From NCBI GenBank assembly GCA_977030845.1, contig OZ365116.1, positions 22,382,001-22,446,000 on the forward strand: a stretch of 64,000 bases of DNA. Direction: 5' to 3'. The notes under the pieces were generated by a model that ran no database searches, had not been told where the DNA came from, and saw only the letters and a program-made list of their open reading frames with translations. The translations under genes and the position numbers were made by a program. Below are positions 50,554 through 64,000 of this stretch, piece after piece (within the stretch, counting starts at the first letter, position 1; every line of letters begins with the position of its first letter). Source of the DNA: Fimbriosthenelais zetlandica (lineage: Eukaryota).

Positions 50554-52424
50554 GGCCTCAAGTATGTTCGATGTATAGGCGGATCTCAATGCTGGAAACA
50601 TGTATTTCTATTTGGTCAACACTATTATGTAGTTTTCAGGGCCAATGTCCTTGGATATTACGCTAAGTTATCTTAGATATGTCGTGGACAACTGCTAGTA
50701 GATTGAATATGTCTGAAAGTTTGATGAAGTGTTCATTGGTTCATTGAATGATCATATCATCATGATTTTGGGACCAATCTGATTGGAGCTAGGATGGGTC
50801 AATGTACCTACTGGTACAATACACCTCCATGTGATCATTCATGTATGGAGGTTTATCATACACTTTATTGTGTGTCAGATAGTGAGATGCAGATAAAGCC
50901 TGGTGTTGGTAGCTCAATGCTCCTTTACAATCTCTCCTCACCCCAACTTCCTCAGCTTTCCTGCATCACAGAGAAGTGATATTGACTCTCTACTCTACCA
51001 AAGATTGTTTCCTGACTAGGTATGTCCATTTACATCACAGATCCATTTTTTCTTTTTCATATATCAGCTTGCCTAGTTCATCGAGATCTCAGTGACGTCC
51101 TATACATTGAGAGTTCCCCTTGGTTTTGGTACTTTTAACACACAGGTCGTTGGTAAATTGGAAGGCCATTCAGTTTCTATAGAAGAGCCCATTATAGAGG
51201 GGCTTGAAGGCAATGCCATGTGAGTCTTGGCATGGCAAAGGCTAAACTGTTCCCGGTGAAAGGAATGCAGGACCATTTATGTGCCAAGGTTTCTTTGTGG
51301 TGGCGACTGACAACTGATTAGAGTCAATACTCAGTTGGGCGCTTGACACGGGCTCGCAAAGCGATCTCTTAGATCTACTCAATTTCCAGTGGTCTGAACT
51401 TGGCTTTAGCAAGAGATGAGGAATCTAGAGCCAATCAATCAAATCCTCACAGAGAAGAACACATTACCTTCCATGTAATAGTTTGAGTATCACAACATAG
51501 TCCTCTATATCCTCTCCGGGATTATGTATGACATCTCCCTTGATAAATCACCTCTTCAAATTTACATGAAGGGAACTTCACATTTCTTTAGATCTGTTGC
51601 GCATTTCAAAGTCACTCCTCAAATCATTAATTAAGTTTCTGTCACATTGATTCGTGTTATTGTCACTCATCGGTTTGTCTATATCATGTAAGAGTAGCAT
51701 AGACAAAAGTAAATTGAATCTAGCGTCTGTTGGTAGTGTTTACGTGTTGGATAAAGAAGGTAATTAATCAGTCTCTAGCGGTGAAATCCTTTGTAAAGCC
51801 TGGTAGAGGGAGCCAGGTCTAAGCTTTAATTAAGGACATGTTGATTTGTGATACACATCCCCTGGAATGCAAACCTTTCCCATTTGTTAACACAGTGAAA
51901 GCTGCTGACAATGAACCTGAATTATCTTATTTTATCTGAAATTCTACGAGGGCCTGCTCATTCAAGATCCCTCCCATGAGACTTTGATAACCATGTCAGT
52001 TTTGACGAAAAGTTTGACCCATAGAGATATACCGCTGAATGCAACTGTCTGTGGAGAAGGGACATTTTCAATTGACTTTACACCTGTGGGTATAGATCCA
52101 TTTAAACTTATCTGTAAATGCCTAGTAGCCCTCAAGGAATAGCTGTGTCCAGATGGACTGATAACTGTCTCCAGTTCCAGACTGTCTATTGCTTCCTCTT
52201 CAAGTACTCCATTGTATTATTGTCACTAATACTTTTCAAATAGTCCACTTATTCATGCAGCACACCTGATGATCCTGTGTGGACTCAGGTGTACCCAAGC
52301 CAAGCTACCTCAGCCGTTAAACGTGTGCCTCTATAATCTCATCCAGTTCCTGACCAAATCCTTGGGAAGTGTATGACTCCTGATGTTAGCAGCAGTAAAG
52401 GAACCACCTGTCAGTAAGTTTTAC

Positions 52425-52746
52425 CCTCGTCAGAGATGGAAGGAATTACATTATCAAAAGATCAATCCACATTCTTGGTCCTACTCCTACGCCTCCTGCT
52501 GCTCATGCCCCTTGCTTTCTACTACTGAGACCAGTCTCTCCTCCTCCAGCCTCTCTCTCTCCTCCAGTGAGCTGACTTGAGAGGGGGGCTGTGACTGGCT
52601 CCTCCTGCCACTCCTCCTCCTCCTCCAGTAGTTTGCCTGCCAGGAGCTGTATTAATGTGTGGAGCACGCACTAATGCTGCAGACAGGGGCCTCCCGCGCC
52701 TCCTCACCACTCTGGACCATCATAGCCTCACTCACTCTATATATAT
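52425..52746 (-). promoter_or_regulatory. Putative rapsyn core promoter and non-coding first exon
   Basis: TATATATA 52738-52746, then a GC/purine-rich leader on the - strand ending at donor GAGG|gtaaaa (52424); matching acceptor tttccag| at 50592 lies 38 nt before the MGQ ATG. Confidence 0.5.
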
Positions 52747-53011
52747 GGCCTCCAGTGGGGACTGCCCAACTGGTAGCCTGGCCAGTGGTAAGCAGGAAAA
52801 GGAAGTCATGCATGCAAGGCCTTTGCTGGCGGGTGGTAGGGGGATGATGGGAGGGCCGACCAGTCGAGGAAAAAGACAGTCCTCAGTCATCACCATGAGG
52901 AATGACATATTTATGGAATATTTAGAAGCAGCTATCCTTGCTTTCCCTCCAATCTTTTTTTCCGTGTTTCTCGCCTTCACTTAATGTCAGATCTGAGATC
53001 TCACTTCAGAA

Positions 53012-53408
53012 TTAAATGGATATTAAACGTGACCTGGCAACTGAACCTTATTAAAAATGTAGTTCCCATACATGCAATATCATATCAAGAAAATCAATTT
53101 GGATTACAAAATTGAATCTGACCAATCGGAGGTCACCAATCCCTGCTTACTAGTTCTGTTCTATACAAAGGCGACCTCTAGTGGAAAGGACAACTACTAT
53201 GCCCCTCAATGTGATTGGTTAATCCAACATCTTGGACAAAACATGGCCGCCTCCCTCTTTTTCTTACTTTGAGGCAAATCGTCACATTTATAAACTGATT
53301 TTTCTCGACTGAGGCAACAGACAACTACAATCTTTGGTGAAATGAAGTATATATGATCGGAAGTACCTAGGACAATTAGTTTCTACCTAGTGTTTCATGT
53401 CCCTTTAA
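53012..53408 (+). mobile_element. Non-autonomous DNA transposon (MITE) with TTAA-bounded terminal inverted repeats
   Basis: Left end TTAAATGGATATTAAAC (53012-53028) vs reverse complement of right end TTAAAGGGACATGAAAC (53392-53408): 14/17 match; internal core shared with 7146-7332 and 24241-24420. Confidence 0.65.
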
Positions 53409-56400
53409 AGAAATTAATTGATTTTTAGATAGGAAAGAAAGGAGTGATTCTAAATCTCAGAAGTCTAAGCAATAACTACTTTCAATTGCACAGAGAAGAT
53501 TTGCATTCAGAGAGAACAAATATTTACTGAAGAGAATTTCCAATCAACAAATGGCCCATGTTTGAAGTAATCAGGCTTCACTGTGTGTAGGAAAGCTTAA
53601 GTGGATTCACCCAATATGTTTTGTTGACTTTCTAAGACTCGGTTTCATACGGTACAGCTGCCCAATTATCTATTAATGTACATGTGTATGAGTTGAGAAA
53701 TCATATAATCCAAACACATATCATGCATGGATATTTGAGATTTGATTGATATTCTTCATAATATACCATCCATTTTATTCCATCTTTTACCAGTCATTTT
53801 ACAGGACAGATTGCCAATTATGGACTGAACACAGATCCTTGGTCATGTCTAGGGATTAAGTGTAGCAATGTAGCCTGTGCCTGGCCGTGGCTTTTTACTG
53901 AATATTGGAGTTGCTCACATTGGTAGAGGAGTGCTTGACGAATGGCCCTTCACCCTGTACCTGACCCCGCCTGACCACCACCCCGCCTGCTGGACTCTGA
54001 CAGTGACAGCCAGTCACCAGAGGTGCTACACCCACCGCCTTCATAACGCCACAAGCCTGTTTCCTTAAAGCTCCATATTATGTCCAGTTATGAGATTTTT
54101 GTTCAAAAATCAATTCATCTCACTGGAATGATTGTGCAGATTTACAATAGATTGGCAATAACACCTATAGATGAACGTGCTATCACCTCCTCAATTGCTT
54201 CGATCTTATATAATGATATATTGACATTTCATTTAATCATATAATTATTAAGATTTTATAAAAAAAAAAAAATATTGACTATTTTTAACCATGATTTTTC
54301 CCTGGGTTTTGATACTGCCGTTATGCGCCCTATTGTGGGGACTCACTGACCCAATACTCCAAATCACGTATCGACCGTGTGAGTTATTTGACGATAATCG
54401 CCTGATATCATTGCATCTCTGCCCACCACCACCACCCGTGCTCAGCCTGAGTGAGTATTATTGATAGACCAGGCCCTGTTCATGCTCCTTTACTCCCAGC
54501 AATTGTTGTCTATTTATCGCCCAGCGGAAGTACTTTAGCTGCCTGGACGCATGCGCTCTGATCACACACGTGGTGTTCCTTCGGGAGGGCTTTCCTTCCA
54601 AATCCAGACTCCCAGTGGCGCCAGTCAGGGGGAAATTAGGGGCCCAAACACAGTGAAAAGCTGGCCATGTCCTCGAGGTATAGGGTCCGAGGATTGCTCA
54701 GAATGTATAGAGACTCTGAATTCAGTGTTCTGGCAGGTGTTTTATTCATATACGATGACCTACAAAGTGGAAGGCTTTTCTTACTATTGCTAAATGATGT
54801 TACTCATTGAAAACCTGATGAGAAATTGCAGAATTGGATTGTAGCCAGAGTTCAACAGATTTTGGGTAAGCCTACTGCCTGGAACAGACTGCGAAAGCCT
54901 CAGATTGCTTGCGTTTTTCATTCAACTTTAGATATATCTGTTCTGGTATAAATTCATAGTTAGAAAATTCAGCAAGCTGGCAATCCAACTTTCAGTGTTA
55001 ATTCCCTTTTCTTGCTCCTCTGTAGGCACCCTCTCTGGTCTGAATGGACCGTGGAGCAGGTCGTCCCAGTGAGGGATCGGTCACTACCAACCTATGGCCA
55101 TTATAAATAACAGAAGGGGGAGTTTTGCCTGTGCTGGGGACATGGATGGGTGTCAAACTCTAGCACTTCTCTCAATCTTTCTGTCAGAACAAGAGGGAAC
55201 CACCCTCAATGTCCACCGCATGAAATGCCTTATCCCTCAAAGAATATGCGACTTAATGTCTAAGCCATCCAAGAGACAGGCTGGAGGATATATGGGTTGC
55301 AGGCAGCACAATGTTCTGAATCTGTGGAGGCCCAGATAAAACATACAGGAGTTCATAGTTTTAGAGGCAGTATTTGCCTGCAGCACAGGTCTGGTGGCTT
55401 GCATCTTCCTCAATCATATGAAGTCACTGCAGTAAAACTTGGAGCTCTCGCTTCTTCCGCTTGAATTTATGAATATTTCTCGAGGCCCTTCTCTCTGGCT
55501 AGCATTCAAGAAGAGGAATAGATCAAGGAGGACCAGGGTGTGACTGAATTGTTTCTCTCTTGGGGCTCTGACGACCACCCTTGCATAGCATTCATAAATA
55601 AAAACCACTATGAAATATGATTAAATATATCTATAAAAAATATTTCATGTTCTCCAAGTTCGTCCACCCAGTAGTGTATTGGTTTTTTGTGATAAACTGT
55701 TTGCTGCTGGCACTTGGCAGAAAGTGACCTTATATTTCTTACTTAAAAGACATGTGATTTGCTGTTGGTTCCATTCTATTTGGCCATCCTAGCCTGAAAT
55801 GATCGTGGGCATTGAGGTTTATAGCCACTGCTCAGGCCACCTGCAAGACACTGTCCACTCACGCAAGGATTTCCTTTCATGCGAAAGTTAATTTGATCTT
55901 TCCACTATATATATTTGCAATGTACTCTACAAGGGAGAAAATGTATATCTAGAATGTTAACGGTAATGGTGGTACAGATTACCAATCTCTGAGGAATCCA
56001 AATGGAAAAGTCAAATCATCAAGGGATCTCACTTGTAATCTATAACCTCTTAGCGCTATCATTTATTCATGAAGTTCCGTCTAATTCTGTTAAATATTGT
56101 CATCATCTGACTAGAATGCGAGCTGCAAATTGTCTAGGATTTGTTGTTAAAAAGAATGTTGGACTTGGCCAAAAGTGTATAGGACGAAATACCATGTGAG
56201 AAGTTTTGATGCATTATTCATGTCATCAACTTTTCCTGAAACAATCAAAGTATTGTCTATACTAATAGTAAGAGCATTGTCAGTGTAGAATCCTGTCTGT
56301 ATGGATTGTCTGATAGTCTTTGAAGGGGAAGTAGAATGAAGCAGTGGTCTGGTTAATGTGTTTAGCGGCCATCAAGTGCCATACATACTTCACACGGTGC

Positions 56401-59400
56401 CACTTCAAAGTCAGGAAAGCGGTTTCATGGATTTCCTCGTTAGCATAAAGTGTTAATGATCCACTTTCTCTGTATGACTATTTAATATGCTGCCAGCACA
56501 TATAACATCAAAACGACCTGCTCGATGTGTCCATGTATTAGTTAGCCTGCACTAGCTGATGGCAGTTCCTTATGATAGGTTTCTAACACTGGTATAGACT
56601 GGTGGGTGAGACATTGAATACAGGCACTGTTGAACTTAACGTCACACTGTCTGTATTACCAGGCAAGATCCATTCAGCCTGTAAACTTAATTAGATATTG
56701 AATACTGCCTGGAAATTTCCTTCAGAGAATGGACTGGTAGGTCAATGAAATATTGACACAAAACAGACCAAAAACTTAGAACATGTGCTGCATTTAAACT
56801 GGTCTCTCTGAAGGCTTTATTCCATCATGTCTTGAAGTGAGGTGGAGCCTCTATGGGGAGCCATACAATGGATAATTAAAATTCCCTGTATTGTTTAAGA
56901 CTTAGGCTGGTGCTAAAAGCTCACATAGAAGCCTCAGTGAAAAGCCTATAGTCAACTCAGTGCTTATAGCTGAAGGCAGGTTGTTGGCCTGTAGAGGCTA
57001 GTGTGTGAAGTAGAGGCATCTGTTTAAACATTCAGGACAGGAAGGTAAATGTCATCACCAGAAAATCTGCCACGTGTCTGCCGTACCTGGCTTCAAGCTA
57101 GCATTTTATACTTGTCAGATCTAGAAAAGCTCTCAAGCCTTCTGGCCAGAGCTTCCTATAATCTCTACAATCTGCTTTCTGGTTTTCGCTAATCTTTCCA
57201 ATATTTCTTTGGCTTCGTTGCATTTGGTTAGAAATGACTCTCGAATTGTTAATTGATTGAAAGTGTCTTATTTTACATAAATTTGTATAAGGAATTCAAG
57301 AGATGATGAATCACTCCTATTTCAGTTTTTGTGTATAGGAATTACTTCTGCTGCAGTTATCTTCCACTCCTCGGGCCGGGATTAATTTCCATATATATTG
57401 GGATAAATGCCACTTACGGGCAGCGCTAAAGGCCCTATGATAGTGGATATAATTCATGATGAGAGTTTTTGGTTTCATCTGTTTCTACATCCAGTCTAAG
57501 TGATAGACATTTCAATCATACACTGTAAAGATAAGATGTCAAAGGTTCTACTGATAGCAAACAGGAGAAGCTCAACGTCTGTAATTGGAACCTGCCCATC
57601 TAAGGGAACTTCTTTTCATGGTGAGCGACTTTATAGGAACCTTTCATAAAGTTCTGATACCTTAAACCTATATCTAAGCATTCCAGGAAGAGTAGCTGTG
57701 AAAGGCTGGTAGAGAAGATGATGTCTTTAACTGCCTGCAGCCTGCGTGCCGCCGTCTCGTTCTATCCCGCATCTCCCCTCTTCTGCGATTCAGGCAAGAA
57801 ACGGCGCCGGAAATGACGTTTGCCATTCCATTTCAGAGATCCTCTAGACGTCTGACTGCTGTGAAAAAGCCTACCGAGGCGCCGCCTGAAATGTGATAAT
57901 AACACCATGTTATGGGCCAAATGTGACCCCGGATCAGGACCAGGATCAAAAGGTCATTTGGCCTGCAGGGCAAGATTGATCTCTCCTTTTATTGTGCGCT
58001 GACCAAAAAGTATGAGCCGACACAATGGTACTTGACAGCGGCTGGTATAGAGCTGGGCATCAGGTCAGTCTCATCTCAACATCCTAACAGTATCCATTAC
58101 CATGGCAACTTGTACACTTCCAGTTGGAAGCTGCATGGGTCTTGTGGCAGAATTGAAGGATAAAAAGGCAATTGGCAAGCGTTGCCATAATGGGCTGTTT
58201 GGCGCGCTCCGATAGCATGAAGCGAAAAAGAGAGGTTTCCAGTATACCAGCCTGGCAAGGGTCTTCTGTGCGGCCAATGTCATACAGAAACAATGCCAAT
58301 CAAACACTTCTACTGCCTTTTATTTTTTGAAAACAGGATCTATCTACTCATTATAGGATTGGTTGGCAATCACGAGGAACATGATTCTGGCAATGATTGT
58401 GAATTAAGCAGTGAATATCCCAGTCATTTGTAACGCTCACGTGTCTCTCAGAAAGTATGAAATATGCTCAGTGTTCCTGACCAAGCACATGAAGGCCTAT
58501 TTCACTGTATTAAGTATGGTCTTTCAGCGCAGGGTCAGGTGCAGATTTTCCTTTGTCATCCGTCGCATCTGTTTTCCTCTTTGAATCGGAAAAGGAAAAC
58601 AAGGATGTAGCACTCAGTTATATAGGGACAAAAGAATGGTTCCCCCATGAAATGTGGTGCCCCTCTACCGCTGGCACCTTTTAGAGCCCTGAACACTCCA
58701 CTTTTAATGTTGGACACCAATAATGGTATCTAAGGGCCTTTATATATACACTTTACATATTATACATGACCCTGGGCTCTGAGAATTTCATCTAATGTAC
58801 TCTCTGTGAAAGCTTTGCTGTAGTTTGACTTTATTAAACAGTAAAGTACAAGGTGTGGACATATATAAAGCAGCAGTTTCCATGCTGCGCCCTGCACCTG
58901 GCCTGCCATCAGCTCGCCCGTCCCTGTATTAAATGACCGTCAGGTGTGCCTTGCTTCCTCAACACTTCTTAAGTGGCTACTTCTCGCCAGCCCAGAAAAA
59001 CATTCAGCATTAATGAAGACCGATTTTATCCATTCTCAGCCCTAGGCTTAAGCTGCCTATTGCCTGCCAGGACAGAGCGTCTGCAGGCAGGAGATGGGGA
59101 GGGGTTAGAGAAGGCCCCAGGTAGTGACTCTCATAGAGGTTTTTAAATCCCATAAAAGCTGGCCATATCTAAGAAAAAACAGAACAAAAAATTGTCCATG
59201 CATACTTAAGAGAGGAGAAGCGAGAGAGAATGTGCCAGTTTAAGCTTTATCTGTGATGGCTTTTCTACAGATATGAATGTCACCTCCATGGACAGAATAA
59301 GACGGGACACGGCGCTATCCATCACTCCGCCCCAGCCCGTCTCAGCTCCAGATTATGAGGCTGTTTGCCGAGGAAAAATGGATGCTACCAGGAATCGCTT

Positions 59401-60814
59401 GGCAATATCCTGCTCAATTGAATACTTAGAGTTGAAATCTTTCCTGCAGTATTGACTGTGATTACATTGCAAGTCTGCTCTATACAAGGCCAGGGTGTTT
59501 CTGACAGTCAGCATATCACTATATGCTCCCCTTCCATGTATTTATTACTCCATTAGAATCTGGCAATATATTTTGAAAAGTCCCTGAAAGGAATATGTGA
59601 TTCTATTGCCTGACTTTCAGTGGCGGACAGATTTATTATCCAACCTTGTTACAGGAGGTATGATACACTTGTTTATTGTTTGTCTATAGCGTCACCTCAC
59701 CCTAACTACTCGACCAATGCTTGTACTGAACCACTCCCCCGCCAGCTCCCATGCTCAATTACTACCCCTCTGATCATCCATCAGACTTTTTCTTGAACTC
59801 AATCTCAGGACTATGACACAAATGTCTCCATCAAGGCTAGATGTAATAATAATGTTTTGTGATTGCTTCCTCTCGATAGGAGAGAGGAAGCCAGTAGTGA
59901 TTACAGTTTGATGTCCAAGGAATTCATCCACTCCATCATTTATATCATATCTTATTAACCATTCCACCTGAATCATTACTTTTCTGCGGCTTGAACTTCT
60001 TATAATGTGAATTCACCAGCCATGATAAATGAGACTGCGTAGTCCAAGTTTCCACTCTAAGCTACGATAATTAAGAAATTCATCCAGTAAATACACATAA
60101 GAGTATAATGTAAATTTCGTGCTAATTTCATCCTATTACTAATTAAAGATTGAATGCCGAACTGATTTGCACTTCATTTTAATGATTAGATTTCATTTTA
60201 GATGATTCCAAAACTTCCGAGACTCCTTTCTGTCTTCTCCTGACGTTATCGAACTTTTTAGGATGTAAGTTATGATCTGTCAATTGCTTGCCAGATCACC
60301 CAGTAATAATATTGATGTATGGTGCACTTCATGCATAACAATTGATACGTGAAGGACGGGAGGCTGAAAGGCTTTGGTATTGAGTATGATGTAAAGACAT
60401 GATTTTCATGTAAACACGTTTTCTGGTAACCAGAAAGTGATAAATAACGCCAGCCTGCAATCTCTACAGTCCCGTCCGCCCCCAATATAAAGGCTCTAGT
60501 CAAGTCAACACCTTGTTTCTTCTGATCCTCCTCTCTGTTCCTTGGTAATCTGGGGACAGCCCACCACCAAGCGGCCCAGGACAGGCAAAGACACAAAGCG
60601 ATCAACCGTCTCTACAAATCATCTTTACGACATGACCCCCACCGTCGACCTGGCTGAGCATTTGTCTTAATCATTTGCCTATGAGGCTGGCACCATCCGC
60701 TGAGTGCTATTAAGATATTGTCTCTCCCTCCATCCATCGATCAGCCTCCCACCCAGACCTCCAGTCAGAATGGTCTCTGTCTGCCATGGGCAGGAGTAGG
60801 GGCATCCTTGTATA

Positions 60815-61420
60815 CCATGGTCTAGAGAGGGGCATCCCTACCATGGACTAGAGAGGGGCATCCCTACCATGGCCTAGAGAGGGACATCCCTACCATGGTC
60901 TAGAGAGGGGCATCCCTACCATGGGCTAGAGAGGGGCATCCCTACCATGGGCTAGAGAGGGGCATCCCTACCATGGCCTAGAGAGGGGCATCCCTACCAT
61001 GGCCTAGAGAGGGGCATCCTACCATGGCCTAGAGAGGGGCATCCCTACCATGGCCTAGAGAGGGGCATCCCTACCATGGCCTAGAGAGGGGCATCCCTAC
61101 CATGGCCTAGAGAGGGGCATCCCTACCATGGCCTAGAGAGGGACATCCCTACCATGGTCTAGAGAGGGCCATCCCTACCATGGACTAGAGAGGGGCATCC
61201 TACCATGGACTAGAGAGGGGCATCCTACCATGGACTAGAGAGGGGCATCCCTACCATGGACTAGAGAGGGCCATCCCTACCATGGCCTAGAGAGGGACAT
61301 CCCTACCATGGACTAGAGAGGACCATCCCTACCATGGCCTAGAGAGGGGCATCCCTACCATGGTCTAGAGAGGGGCATCCCTACCATGGACTAGAGAGGG
61401 GCATCCCTACCATGGACTAG
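60815..61420. repeat. 26-bp minisatellite, ~23 copies
   Basis: Unit ccatgg(c/a/t/g)ctagagaggggcatcccta. Confidence 0.97.
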
Positions 61421-64000
61421 ATAAGGCCATCGCTGAGAATCCAAGCTAACAGATTAAAAGTTCAGGTACTCTTTGACCATGTACCATGTCCTGTCATTGT
61501 TGTTTCATATCCCCTGCCCTGAAGATAATGTAATTGAGGGAGAGGACCTTCCACATAGCAGACATAAAAAAACAGCAGATATTCGTGTCTTGATCCAACA
61601 TAATATCAATAGCAGAGTAACATCCCAATCGGTTGGTGATTTGGAATGGAGAGACCTAAAATACACGATCATTTTCTTCTGTACTGGAGCAGAGATCACC
61701 TCCTCAATTTTCCATCATGAAGGTTTTATAGAGACCTGTAAAACTGGATATTGATTGGGTCTGAGTAAATCCAAGTGTTGAGATAAAGACAGATCTATGG
61801 GGGAGGTCTTTTATCATGGCACTTTAACTCATTAATCATGACTTCATGACTGAGTGAGATGGAGATGGAGGGGTGGTACTGGTGTAAGAAGTGAGAGAGG
61901 GAAGGAACCAAAACACACAAAACCAACCGATTGATTGATTCACCACTTCTTTTTCATGACCAAATGTGACACAGATACAGAAATTAACGTGCACTGATAT
62001 CAATCATTTTGGTGCTCTTTGTTTCAGTGGGATCAATTGCTTTATAATACTTGCACTAGTTTGATCTGTATTTGCTAATCGGTTCTGGGCCTATGTGTGT
62101 GGTGTGTCTGTGATGAAAGTAGCCAGTGAAGGTATAAGATCGAGGGTTGGCTAGGGTCTCGTCTCATCCCATGCTTCATGATGGAGAGGTCTGGGTTTGG
62201 TGAGCATGCTTGGCCTTCTAATGGACACCCTCTTCTACAGGCCATGGCTTCCATCATAGCCTCAAACACCCACCACTCCTCCTCAATCACTCACCTCTTC
62301 ACTGATATTTATGGAGAAATGGCCAACTTTAACTCTGCCCCTGAGATGCAATGCCTATATATATTTCTGTCTCCTGCAACGATAGATAAAATATATAAGG
62401 CATTAATTCTGCCCTTGAGATACCAAGCCTATAAATATATATTTTTTGTCTTCTGCACCATAGAATTAATATAGAAGGTCTCTGCTCACAAATGCCGGGG
62501 CAATGAGCACCACTATATATCAATATATCAGGCATCTGATGTCAATTAATGTGCGAACATTGCGCATCACTATATCAGTATATCAGGCCTCTGCCCTCAA
62601 ATGACATAACCCTTAAAAGTACCCATACATGTATTTTGTTTTTAAAAGTTAAGTAAGTTTTAAAAATAGAATTTTCCATTTGTCTCCCTTGCCATGCATG
62701 TAAACTCTCTCAGACCCATTTATTACCGCCAACCTTCCCCTTCAACCGGCTGCTCCTGATCCAGACAATAATCAATTTAGGATTATATTTGCATTTCCCA
62801 TTTATATTGGAATCAATGATCAATTGGAAGCCTTAATGTCCAGACATTTGTACTTAAAAATCATCCTTTTCGTATTCATTGAGTCTTGATATCTTTCTCT
62901 CCAGTCTTATTTCAGGAATTACATCCTTGCCCAATAGACTAATTATATCTAGTTAAATTTTAGCATTAAACTTTAGTGAAGCACTTTTGCACACTTGTTA
63001 AACTCTCTTTCCGAATGATTGTCTCAGCTGGAATCTTTTTATTATTATTCATTTGAGCCATTTCGCCTGGCTTGAATTGCTTTTCTCATTGCAGCCTTAA
63101 TTTTCTTTGATAATAGGTTTATTTCATTTGAACACTCCAAGACTAATAGGCAATCGATTCATCGCAATTGACATGTTATGAAATGCAGGCCGATTGTTTG
63201 TTGTAGAAATTAAATTGTGAAAGTAATGGAGTTTGGTCGCGCAATGAATTTGTCTGTTGGCTTATGTGAAGATTAATAATTCACTGCGCATCCAAAAATA
63301 TGGAGCCAGGAGACAAACTGATTGCCGTAAAAAGACCGAGAGTCTGCCCGAAGAGAAAGATCGACTTATTGCTTTCCATTCTAAACTTTTTCTCCGGGAC
63401 ACACATTTCTGCATGGACAGGCCATTGTTCGGCTTCATTATCCTTAGAATTATCACAATACATGTACATTATGGCCTCCTGTAGCACAGAGATGCCCCAT
63501 CATTTCATGGTGGGCTCATAGCATGATCATCGATATAGATTCTGGTTAGATTTTGGGTTGGTGAATTACATTGCATCTGATATAGTAGGCTAAGGGAAGT
63601 GATCTAGGGCTGCTCTAAGGTTAGCAGGTGGACCTAGTACCATGCTCTCAAATATCCTCGTGACTAGCAGCCATTTTTCCATGGGAAAACTGATTGTGGA
63701 GGGATTTGCTGTTCCCAAACTTGAAGGCAAATAAAATATACAGTTCCTATAGGGGCATCTGAGGAACCCTACAATGAGTTCTTGAACTCTGTCGTAATTT
63801 CCCAGTGCCTGTTTAGAATGTTTTAGTGTAATAATATTCCGTTGTTCTCCATAGTAGACGAACCAAGGACAGAAGGCAGTGAGCTAATTGAAAACTTCCT
63901 TATCATATTTATACAACTGTGTGCCCGAAAGGTCCCTGAGATGATCCCTGTGTGTTGTGTCTGGGATATGATTGACTGGGGAGACCTCTCTACCCTCCCT

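Noticed and set aside
58861-58940. TATATAAAG followed by a short ORF as another promoter or gene
   Set aside because: The ORF is only 16 codons and there is no downstream exon chain
62736-62752. 16/17 match to the 3' part of miR-133 (tccccttcaacc-g-gctg)
   Set aside because: The seed end (TTGGT) is absent and I see no complementary 5p arm upstream

Overview
Eukaryotic (metazoan, probably lophotrochozoan invertebrate) genomic DNA with intron-containing genes; no prokaryotic features. From hand-spliced exon chains: (1) an ARFGAP2/3 orthologue on + (11 coding exons in window, 2..9892; N-terminal exon upstream of the window); (2) a convergent MARCH-family RING-CH, two-TM E3 ligase on - (12951..18070, ~600 aa) with non-canonical RING spacing; (3) a small 7-coding-exon gene on + (18883..21400, 151-158 aa) that the ORF track does not show as a protein and that I cannot assign to a family, head-to-head with the MARCH gene and tail-to-tail with rapsyn; (4) rapsyn (RAPSN) on - (21955..50553, ~494 aa, 6 coding exons) with a 25.2-kb intron and a 78-residue post-RING tail ending in NPVYL. 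The 25-kb intron and the ~11 kb upstream of rapsyn hold no coding sequence I can recognise, only a TTAA-type MITE copy, a tRNA-derived SINE, minisatellites, a CT microsatellite and promoter-like motif clusters. All gene models come from reading frame and splice-site phase by eye; no database searches were run.
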